From an uncultured virus (IMG/VR IMGVR_UViG_3300042391_000264) (taxonomy: Duplodnaviria; Heunggongvirae; Uroviricota; Caudoviricetes): a stretch of 20,000 nucleotides of DNA. Position numbers and translations under genes: made by a program. Shown here in pieces: positions 1 to 6,116 of this stretch (within the stretch, counting starts at the first letter, position 1; every line of letters starts with the position of its first letter). Under the pieces are notes generated by a model that searched no databases, had not been told where the DNA came from, and saw only the letters and a program-made list of their open reading frames with translations. Where the stretch lies: the IMG/VR virus record IMGVR_UViG_3300042391_000264. One strand, 5' to 3'.

Positions 1-525
1 CCATGTCTGTCCAGAGGCAACGGTTGTAATGGACTCGGGATAGTAGTAATAGTGCAATTCCACGTAGTACGCGGCATCTGGCGTTGGGCCGAGAATAATT
101 GATAGCTCGTTTGTAATTGCTGAACTGACGATTGTTGGGCCAAACAGCGCGTAATATTTTGGCTCGCCCGTAGAATTTGGAGTTGGGTACGCCTGACGGA
201 TAAAGTTTGCGTCCTTGTTGAGTAAATACTCAAACGTGCCAGTATCTAAATTTCCGCCAGTAACACCTGTTACCAAGGCCAACGAGTAAACAGCCAAGAA
301 GTCGTCTGGTAGAGACACGTACTTGTTGTTTGCCGTTATCAATGAGTACTGATTCTTGCGGATCGACGGGAACTGCACCGAGTTGTAGATGCGCTGCTCG
401 GCCTGCTCAATCAGAGTGTTAATCTGGGTTGTGCTGGACACGGTAGCACCGCTCGCCAGATATGTAGCTGGGAACTGATTCTCCGTGTACGACTGGATCG
501 ACGCTACGAGCTCGGTGTATGTCAT
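1..525 (-). CDS. Head-tail adaptor-like virion protein (partial, runs off the window start)
   Basis: Not in the ORF track. ATG at 525 just after the stop of the upstream gene; open for 175 codons: MTYTELVASIQSYTENQFP...LIEQAEQRIYNSVQFP...YVSLPDDFLAV...GEPKYYA...LGPTPDAAYYVELHYYYYPESI. The 'LPxDF', 'P.YYA' and 'PTPD..Y' pattern is typical of podovirus adaptor proteins. Confidence 0.75.
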   Translation of the reverse strand, partial: MTYTELVASIQSYTENQFPATYLASGATVSSTTQINTLIEQAEQRIYNSVQFPSIRKNQYSLITANNKYVSLPDDFLAVYSLALVTGVTGGNLDTGTFEYLLNKDANFIRQAYPTPNSTGEPKYYALFGPTIVSSAITNELSIILGPTPDAAYYVELHYYYYPESITTVASGQTW

Positions 526-528
526 GTT

Positions 529-795
529 TTACGCCATTGGGCCACGAGCCATTAAGCCCTTGGTAGCTGCGCCCGTGCCACGGATTTTAATGCCCGAGGT
601 TTTGGCTGGCTGGTCACCGGCGAACTTGCTAACAGCGCCAAGGCTCACGTTGTAGGTGTCCAACTTGCTGTGGTTCGGCATCTTGCCCGGGTTGGTTTCC
701 GCAACTACAGGTTTACCGGTCATGGTGTGCGGCTTAGCATAGACGCTGGCATCACCAACTTCTTTGCCGCCAACCTTTTTGCTGTATTTAGCCAT
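529..795 (-). CDS. Small basic hypothetical virion-associated protein (88 aa)
   Basis: Start moved to ATG 795, which has an AAGGAG Shine-Dalgarno. C-terminus RGTGAATKGLMARGPMA resembles the tag shared by the genes at 2603-4492. Confidence 0.8.
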   Translation of the reverse strand: MAKYSKKVGGKEVGDASVYAKPHTMTGKPVVAETNPGKMPNHSKLDTYNVSLGAVSKFAGDQPAKTSGIKIRGTGAATKGLMARGPMA

Positions 796-805
796 CTTCA
801 ACTCC

Positions 806-1192
806 TTATGTGGTAACCGTAACTGTACCAATTTGTACGCCTAAAGCCAAGAGATTTGGCGTCAACGCATCATCAAAAAACCTAGAGCCACCCACCGGAT
901 ACCAGCCCCACTGGATGTTCCGGCTACCTTCGCCCGGGCTACCATTTGCCAAAAGCCCCGAAGCCACGTAGCTACGGTCTGGGCGCGGGTCACGCAAGCC
1001 CTGCGGATCATCAACTGGATACATACCCAACTGAAGCTGCGGTTGATCTGGGTCCCAACACTCAGGACATACAAGCAAATTGTACGTCTTAGTCTTGATA
1101 ATTTCTTTCCGCAGCACCTTTAAACTAAAGCGCTGCCCACAGCGGTCACACTCCGCAATCGCGTTCTTGCCGCTGGCAAACCTATTGCCCAT
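806..1192 (-). CDS. Conserved phage protein with a C4 zinc-finger-like motif (128 aa)
   Basis: CDRC...CPEC cysteine pairs followed by PDQPQLQLG and PRPD. Starts 1 nt after the upstream stop. Confidence 0.85.
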   Translation of the reverse strand: MGNRFASGKNAIAECDRCGQRFSLKVLRKEIIKTKTYNLLVCPECWDPDQPQLQLGMYPVDDPQGLRDPRPDRSYVASGLLANGSPGEGSRNIQWGWYPVGGSRFFDDALTPNLLALGVQIGTVTVTT

Positions 1193-1193
1193 A

Positions 1194-2117
1194 TCAGTTT
1201 ATAAACATCTGGCGCGGCACAAATCGCACCGCAGCTTTTTCACTATCCTCACCGGCGGCGTTCTGCCAAGCCTCGTCATACTGAGATTTGAGCATGGGTA
1301 GACGCTCAAACCCTGAAGGAATCTTGCCCGCTAGGTAATACGACAAGCCCGCTGCCATGCAAGGCACGAACCGGAACGGAACGTCCATAACGTTGACCCC
1401 GCCGCCAGCGTCCTGAGTGCGGCGCAGACGCCAGTAAACCAATTCGTAAGTCTGCGACCCGTCAGGCGTTGGCCAGACCGTAACGGCGGGCAGCTGCTCC
1501 CAGTACACGGCTGTAGCAGTGGTATGCACGGCTGCGGTGCTGTTATTTTGAGCACGAAAACAGCTGTTTAGGGTATTCCCTGATATGTAGCCATAATTGA
1601 TGGTCTCGTTGTCAATTTTGATGAAGCCAGATGCGGGTAGGCCCACAGTAGAACTGAGGGTGATTGTTGTATCTGTCGCAGTGATGCCCCCGTTTAGCGT
1701 CAGACCAGTGGGCGAGCTTTGTGCGTTGTACCGCTGAATCCAAATTTGGATGGGCCGCGCCTGCTGGATTTTGTTTGGGATCGTGGCATAGGTTGATACG
1801 CTGATCCGGGTAATCGTCAAGTCTGCCTGCGTAGACGCTGCGTTACCGCCAGTGCGGATGACGTGCTCAAGCAGGTCAATAGTGTCAGATGGCAGCGCGT
1901 AAGTATTCTGGCCCTGCACAAAGGTGATGGTGCCCGGCTCAATCGTCCACATGTTGATGCCACGATTGGCCCAATCAGCGAACATGATGTTCAGGCTACG
2001 GCGAGCAGTCCGCAGGTCATAGCCGGTACGCATCTCGCTACCGGCGCGTTCAAACGCCTCCTCGACCAACTCAGTCAGGTCAAGGTTAAACGAGGAAGAG
2101 CCGGAAGTGTTTGCCAT
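1194..2117 (-). CDS. Head-tail adaptor/connector protein with an inserted beta-rich domain (307 aa)
   Basis: EEAFER...ARRSLN.MFADWANRGIN, YALPSDT, WPTPD and GLSYYLA motifs. TAATG stop/start overlap with the upstream gene. Lies downstream of the head genes. Confidence 0.8.
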   Translation of the reverse strand: MANTSGSSSFNLDLTELVEEAFERAGSEMRTGYDLRTARRSLNIMFADWANRGINMWTIEPGTITFVQGQNTYALPSDTIDLLEHVIRTGGNAASTQADLTITRISVSTYATIPNKIQQARPIQIWIQRYNAQSSPTGLTLNGGITATDTTITLSSTVGLPASGFIKIDNETINYGYISGNTLNSCFRAQNNSTAAVHTTATAVYWEQLPAVTVWPTPDGSQTYELVYWRLRRTQDAGGGVNVMDVPFRFVPCMAAGLSYYLAGKIPSGFERLPMLKSQYDEAWQNAAGEDSEKAAVRFVPRQMFIN

Positions 2118-2350
2118 TATCTAAACCCTGCTGTTTTCTTTGCAATCGTTTTGGGTTGGGCTACGAATTGTTTTCCGGCTTTTTTGCCAGCACGCTTCGC
2201 ACGCGTTGTCGCAGCGTATTCACTAGGGCTGAGACTTTTAATCGCAGCGCTTGGGAGGTATCGCTCACCTGTTTCAGAAGATTTTTTACCACTTTTGGTT
2301 CTCCATTTTTGGTCGCCCCAATTCTTCAGAGACTGTTGTGGGGCTTTCAT
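2117..2350 (-). CDS. DUF5872-like protein, C-terminal half (77 aa)
   Basis: Start moved to ATG 2350, 1 nt after the TGA at 2352-2354. QQSLKNWGDQKWRTKSG...ERYLP...GKQFVAQP matches the recalled second half of DUF5872. Confidence 0.7.
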   Translation of the reverse strand: MKAPQQSLKNWGDQKWRTKSGKKSSETGERYLPSAAIKSLSPSEYAATTRAKRAGKKAGKQFVAQPKTIAKKTAGFR

Positions 2351-2351
2351 A

Positions 2352-2600
2352 TCAGTCTTTGTAGCCGCCACCAGCGGCTTTGTAACGTTTAGCCATCAAT
2401 TGGGCCTTACGGGCCGACCACTGACCTGCGCCTGTGCCTTGCACTGCTGCGGCTTTGATGCTGTTAAAAATACGCTTGCGAAGACCGGGCTTGGTGTAGT
2501 TGCCCGCTTCATTGACCTTGCCGCCTTCAGCCATCTTGACGGCTTTAGCTTTGGGTATTTTCTTCGGGTTTATGGCCCCCATGCCACGGCTGGACATCAT
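2352..2600 (-). CDS. DUF5872-like protein, N-terminal half (82 aa)
   Basis: NYTKPGLRKRI...GQWSARKAQLMAKRYKAAGGGY matches the recalled first half of DUF5872. It is preceded by a basic MAEGG-containing leader. Confidence 0.7.
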   Translation of the reverse strand: MMSSRGMGAINPKKIPKAKAVKMAEGGKVNEAGNYTKPGLRKRIFNSIKAAAVQGTGAGQWSARKAQLMAKRYKAAGGGYKD

Positions 2601-2602
2601 GG

Positions 2603-2782
2603 TTACACCATCCGGCCTTTTGTGTGGCCCTTAGAGATGCAGCCATCAGCACGAGTGACACCACCGGAAGCCAATTTCTTCACTGGTTCGTCCACAGGGA
2701 CTGAGTCAGGGTACGTCTTGGCCTTTGCCTGCTTTGGCTTGGCCACGGGCTCGTCCACTGGGGTATCTTTGGGGTATTTCAT
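2603..2782 (-). CDS. Small protein with the shared C-terminal tag (59 aa, below the ORF-track cutoff)
   Basis: Hand translation: MKYPKDTPVDEPVAKPKQAKAKTYPDSVPVDEPVKKLASGGVTRADGCISKGHTKGRMV*. It fills the gap between its neighbours; the ATG directly abuts the upstream TAA. Confidence 0.85.
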   Translation of the reverse strand: MKYPKDTPVDEPVAKPKQAKAKTYPDSVPVDEPVKKLASGGVTRADGCISKGHTKGRMV

Positions 2783-3010
2783 TTAGCACATCTTTCCACG
2801 GGTTTTGCCTTTGGTGGCGATACCGTCTGCACGTTTAGAAGCAGATACAACGCCACCTTTAGCCTTAGAGACCGGAGGTTTGTTGCGGTTTGCCATTTGC
2901 TCCATGTTCAAAATTGCTTGTTTTTGGCGTTGATCAACTAAAGCCTTTGCAGCAAACTCCTCGCGGAGTTGCGCTAACTTTTGTTTAATTTCCTCAGACG
3001 GCTGTGCCAT
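2783..3010 (-). CDS. Small protein with the shared C-terminal tag (75 aa)
   Basis: Start moved to ATG 3010, 1 nt after the upstream TGA. Helical N-terminus; ends KAKGGVVSASKRADGIATKGKTRGKMC. Confidence 0.85.
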   Translation of the reverse strand: MAQPSEEIKQKLAQLREEFAAKALVDQRQKQAILNMEQMANRNKPPVSKAKGGVVSASKRADGIATKGKTRGKMC

Positions 3011-3011
3011 A

Positions 3012-3506
3012 TCAGCACATCTTCCCACGAGTTTTGCCTTTGGTGGCGATACCGTCTGCGCGAGAAGAAGCTGAACCGCCAGAAGCCATCTTCTTGACTT
3101 TTCCACCACGTTTCATACCTTCTTCGTCCATAGAAAGTGAGCTATTAAGCGGAACCGAACCTTGTGAAGTTCGTGGGGCCAACGCCGATGGAGTGTAACG
3201 AGCCTTGTAGCCGCGCATTGACTCTTCAGAATCTGCGTTTTTGTACTTATCAACCGCTGCCTTAGTAGCGCCCGCCATTTTTTGCCGCGCCATAGCAGAA
3301 GTTTCTTCGGGTGCATTTCTTTCTGCGCTTTTGAGAGCAGAAATCATATCGCTTTGTTTACGCATACCTGAATCACGGGCAGCTTTTTTTGCCGCTCCAG
3401 ATTCGTCAGCCGTCTCGGTAGTGTATTTTTTACCGTTGAACTCAAAAGTTTTATCTCCTGCTTTACGAGCAGCCGCAAACGCGGAACCAAATTCTGATTT
3501 AGCCAT
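3012..3506 (-). CDS. Protein with an N-terminal 'F..AF..AR..G...F.FNGK.Y.T' module and the shared C-terminal tag (164 aa)
   Basis: Begins SEFGSAFAAARKAGDKTFEFNGKKYTT; ends MKRGGKVKKMASGGSASSRADGIATKGKTRGKMC. Confidence 0.85.
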   Translation of the reverse strand: MAKSEFGSAFAAARKAGDKTFEFNGKKYTTETADESGAAKKAARDSGMRKQSDMISALKSAERNAPEETSAMARQKMAGATKAAVDKYKNADSEESMRGYKARYTPSALAPRTSQGSVPLNSSLSMDEEGMKRGGKVKKMASGGSASSRADGIATKGKTRGKMC

Positions 3507-3508
3507 GA

Positions 3509-3955
3509 TTACTTCACCCCTTTCATTTTGATCTGGGTACCTTTGGTCTTGCCACGCTGAGCAATACCATCGCCGCGTTTAGAGGTCATGCCGCCAGAAG
3601 CCATCTTCTTGACTACACCACCTTTTTTCATGCCCGCAGAATATCCGGGGTTGTTAACATTTGCGTTAATTCGGTTTTGTCTACCTGCTGCATTTTGTAC
3701 ACCGGGGTCGTACAGCTCACCAGTCTCAGTGTTACGGCGAAGTGTTGACAAAGTACCTTCTTCATCGCGGATTTCGCCCAAGTCCACAGGCTTAACTTCC
3801 ACAGGCTTAGCTTCTACGGGCTTAACATCCATACTTCTGCTTTTAACCACGTCTTGGGCTTTGGCTTTGTCTTCGCCCTTGCCCCTAGTAGCCATATAGG
3901 CAAGACCGGCCAATGCGGCTAAAGCAGCTAAATTTCCGGTTTTTTTGCTTGCCAT
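3509..3955 (-). CDS. Protein with an N-terminal hydrophobic helix and the shared C-terminal tag (148 aa)
   Basis: AAGGA SD; LAALAALAGLAYMA; KPVE-type repeats; ends MKKGGVVKKMASGGMTSKRGDGIAQRGKTKGTQIKMKGVK. Confidence 0.85.
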   Translation of the reverse strand: MASKKTGNLAALAALAGLAYMATRGKGEDKAKAQDVVKSRSMDVKPVEAKPVEVKPVDLGEIRDEEGTLSTLRRNTETGELYDPGVQNAAGRQNRINANVNNPGYSAGMKKGGVVKKMASGGMTSKRGDGIAQRGKTKGTQIKMKGVK

Positions 3956-3964
3956 GATGAGTCC

Positions 3965-4492
3965 TTAACAGGCTCTGCCGCCAGATTTCATCTTGATCAT
4001 TGCGCCCTTGGTCTTACCCTTGACAACAACACCATCAGGCTTGGAGCTGGTTTTAACAGAGCCCATCTTGGTCATGCCACCATCTTTGAGGCCAGCGTGG
4101 GCTTTAGAAGCGGGTTTGCCAGCATGTTTGGCAAGTGCGGCTGTCATGCCGCCAGAGGCCATCTTTTTCATACCCATTTCGGACTTCTCGTGTTTGATCA
4201 TGGATTTAGGAGCACCGGCTTTTTTCATGAAGCCGATTTCTTTACTAACCATTGCTTTAGATTCTTTCATATCGCCACCTTTGTTAAAAAGTTCTGTCTT
4301 ACCTTGACGAGTTTTTGGCTCGTTTACCTTCTGAAGATCAGGTCTGGTTTTAGACCCACCAAACTTAACGCTTTTGCTTTTCTCGCTGAAATCCTTGGCT
4401 ACAGACACAGGCACGCCCGCCTTCTTGGCAAACGCTGGGTTGTGTGCTGCGGCATCCATAAACCGCTTTTGCTTGTCACTTGTCGCTGGCAT
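3965..4492 (-). CDS. Lys/Met-rich protein with the shared C-terminal tag (175 aa)
   Basis: Start moved to ATG 4492, 1 nt after the upstream TAA. MPATSDKQKRFMDAAAHNPAFAKK...; contains MASGG and LKDGG; ends KPDGVVVKGKTKGAMIKMKSGGRAC. Confidence 0.85.
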   Translation of the reverse strand: MPATSDKQKRFMDAAAHNPAFAKKAGVPVSVAKDFSEKSKSVKFGGSKTRPDLQKVNEPKTRQGKTELFNKGGDMKESKAMVSKEIGFMKKAGAPKSMIKHEKSEMGMKKMASGGMTAALAKHAGKPASKAHAGLKDGGMTKMGSVKTSSKPDGVVVKGKTKGAMIKMKSGGRAC

Positions 4493-4493
4493 A

Positions 4494-4682
4494 TTAAACC
4501 TTAACGATCCAGCCTTTGCCAAGCACAAAGCCGACAATCAACATACCAATCCAAATAAGCGCTTTTTCTACAACGGTCTTACCAACTTTTTTATAGAACT
4601 CGCCAGACATCTCTTCGATAGCCAGTTTCGCCGCTTTTCTGGCGATGGCTTCTTCGCGGTCTGTTAACGTAATTTCGGTCAT
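4494..4682 (-). CDS. Small single-pass membrane protein (62 aa; possible holin or membrane accessory protein)
   Basis: C-terminal hydrophobic segment ALIWIGMLIVGFVLG; tightly packed in the operon. Function is inferred only. Confidence 0.75.
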   Translation of the reverse strand: MTEITLTDREEAIARKAAKLAIEEMSGEFYKKVGKTVVEKALIWIGMLIVGFVLGKGWIVKV

Positions 4683-4683
4683 T

Positions 4684-4938
4684 TCAGCACTTCCATCTTG
4701 CTAGTGAAGCAGCCTTACGGGTAGGCTTGCCTTTTTCGTCTTTCATCGGGCCGGGCATACCGCTCATACGGGCGCAGAACGAATCCTTGCGTTTACCACC
4801 TTGGGGCTGTGGAGCCTTCAGGTTACTACCCGTAGCAGCGTTGTACTTGGCACGGCCTTTGGCAGTCAAGCCCGCTCCCTTGGAGACGGGTAGCTTTTCG
4901 CCACGACCTACTGCAAGGGATGGGGTTTTCTTAGCCAT
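4684..4938 (-). CDS. DUF6321-like small basic phage protein (84 aa)
   Basis: Start moved to ATG 4938, overlapping the upstream stop. GLTAKGRAKYN..TGSNLKAP...RKDSFCARM...LARWKC is a recalled phage family signature. Confidence 0.75.
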   Translation of the reverse strand: MAKKTPSLAVGRGEKLPVSKGAGLTAKGRAKYNAATGSNLKAPQPQGGKRKDSFCARMSGMPGPMKDEKGKPTRKAASLARWKC

Positions 4939-5407
4939 AAAACACCGTGATATGTGTGTTGGCTCCCAAGAAAAGGCGTATGCCGTAATGGGCAAGAATA
5001 CCTTCGCCGGGAATCGGCACACTGTATCCAGTTTGATTTGATGCGTCCAATTGCAGCAGCACGTCGTTGTATACGGTGACATTTCCGCTGGCCGCACCCG
5101 AATTCGCAACAGTGACAGTAAACGTATTTGCAGTGGCGGCTGTTTGGACTTGGTACGGGTTATCCGTCAAATCCCAGTCCAGATAAACCCAATCGCCAGC
5201 CCTTAAACCATGATTAGCCGCTGTAATTGTCGCCGTAGTAGTGGCTCTTGCGTAAGTTCCGCTGATACTGATGTTATCAACCAAAACGGTGTACTCTGTA
5301 GCACCAGAAAACGGAAAAACAACCGCGCCTTTAAGGCGAGTACGGTACGGAACCATCAAGCCAGAAACTCCGCCGTGTTGCGATTTAACGTCAGTTTGCA
5401 TGCTCAT
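4931..5407 (-). CDS. Beta-rich virion protein with an E1-FCCH-like insert (158 aa)
   Basis: AAGGAG SD before ATG 5407. MQTDVKS N-terminus, IPGEGIL...TVFYG C-terminus, internal TITAANHGLRAGDWVYL...NTFTV segment. Confidence 0.8.
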   Translation of the reverse strand: MSMQTDVKSQHGGVSGLMVPYRTRLKGAVVFPFSGATEYTVLVDNISISGTYARATTTATITAANHGLRAGDWVYLDWDLTDNPYQVQTAATANTFTVTVANSGAASGNVTVYNDVLLQLDASNQTGYSVPIPGEGILAHYGIRLFLGANTHITVFYG

Positions 5408-5420
5408 AATCAATCTCCTT

Positions 5421-5441
5421 TAAAAACGGGGCCGAAGCCCC
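5421..5441 (-). terminator. Intrinsic terminator with a cUUCGg tetraloop
   Basis: Minus strand GGGGC-TTCG-GCCCC-GTTTTTA, about 10 nt after the stop of 5451..5999. Confidence 0.75.
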
Positions 5442-5450
5442 TTGAGTTGA

Positions 5451-5999
5451 TTAGGAGTCTGCGAACGGTGTAGCGACAGTGCCGGAACCAATAACATTCC
5501 CAGTCACCATGTACTTGTCAGCAGCAATCGCCACAATCTGAACCCATGTGCCAGCAACGCCGCCGGTAGTTGTACCGTTCAAGTTGATGAAGTCATTGGA
5601 AGAGCCGTTAGCAGAGAAAGCAACCACAGCACCAGATGTGTCTGAATCAATAGACATTACAGCGCCAACGTACAAGTCACCAGAAGCAGCGGTAACACCT
5701 ATTTTCAACGAGCTAGTAGAGATAGTTGTAGGCACCCAGATGGTGTAGACAACGCCTTCGTTGTTCAGTGTATTGGGGTCTTGACCGGGGCCAGACGTGG
5801 TCGGGTTGGTCGAAACATTGATTGCGGGGAGCGTCAATGTGAGTGCAGCGGCCAAAGAGCCACCGACAGAAATGATACGACCGCCGTGAGCTTCTGGGCT
5901 TAGTGTGGTGCTGGTTGTAATTTCAACAACAGAGGCGGGGCCTTGTTGATAGATACCGCCCAATGAACGAACTGGGCCTTGAAACGTAGTACGTGCCAT
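5451..5999 (-). CDS. Putative minor capsid/decoration protein (182 aa)
   Basis: AAGGA SD; Thr/Ser/Gly-rich beta composition; MARTTFQGPVRS...LNGTTTGG...ATPFADS; directly downstream of the major capsid gene. Confidence 0.8.
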   Translation of the reverse strand: MARTTFQGPVRSLGGIYQQGPASVVEITTSTTLSPEAHGGRIISVGGSLAAALTLTLPAINVSTNPTTSGPGQDPNTLNNEGVVYTIWVPTTISTSSLKIGVTAASGDLYVGAVMSIDSDTSGAVVAFSANGSSNDFINLNGTTTGGVAGTWVQIVAIAADKYMVTGNVIGSGTVATPFADS

Positions 6000-6009
6000 A
6001 ATTTTTCCT

Positions 6010-6080
6010 TACATACAAGTTAGGCGCATTAGTCTGTATGTAGTCAGCCGGGACTGTCTAATGCACCGGAAAGCCCGGAT
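6010..6080 (-). ncRNA. Candidate structured cis-regulatory RNA in the 5' UTR of 5451..5999
   Basis: 10-bp stem GGUGCAUUAG/CUAAUGCGCC (6058-6067 with 6023-6032), inner AGUC/GACU hairpin, and two possible pseudoknots: UACAUACAG/UUGUAUGUA and CCGGG/CCCGG. Confidence 0.6.
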
Positions 6081-6087
6081 TAGCAGC

Positions 6088-6115
6088 AATATACACTTTT
6101 TCTGCGGCTTGTCAA
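6088..6115 (-). promoter_or_regulatory. Sigma70-like promoter
   Basis: Minus strand TTGACA (6115-6110), 16-nt spacer, TATATT (6093-6088), immediately after the capsid terminator. Confidence 0.65.
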
Positions 6116-6116
6116 C

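Noticed and set aside
1863..2786. 307-aa plus-strand ORF and the other antisense ORFs across the late operon (e.g. 3241-3531, 3588-3899, 3993-4307, 9858-10238)
   Set aside because: They are shadows of tightly coupled minus-strand genes, have no convincing SD, and their recurring 'PPEAIF' motif is just the antisense reading of KMASGG.
2785..4170. Repeats considered as a CRISPR array or as diversity-generating retroelement TR/VR pairs
   Set aside because: Spacing is irregular (over 200 nt), the repeats are in-frame coding sequence with synonymous differences, and no cas or reverse transcriptase gene is in the window.
6030..6060. Hammerhead or twister ribozyme assignment for the structured leader
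   Set aside because: CUGACUA is not CUGANGA, there is no properly placed GAAA, and twister core residues could not be matched by eye; left as an unclassified RNA.
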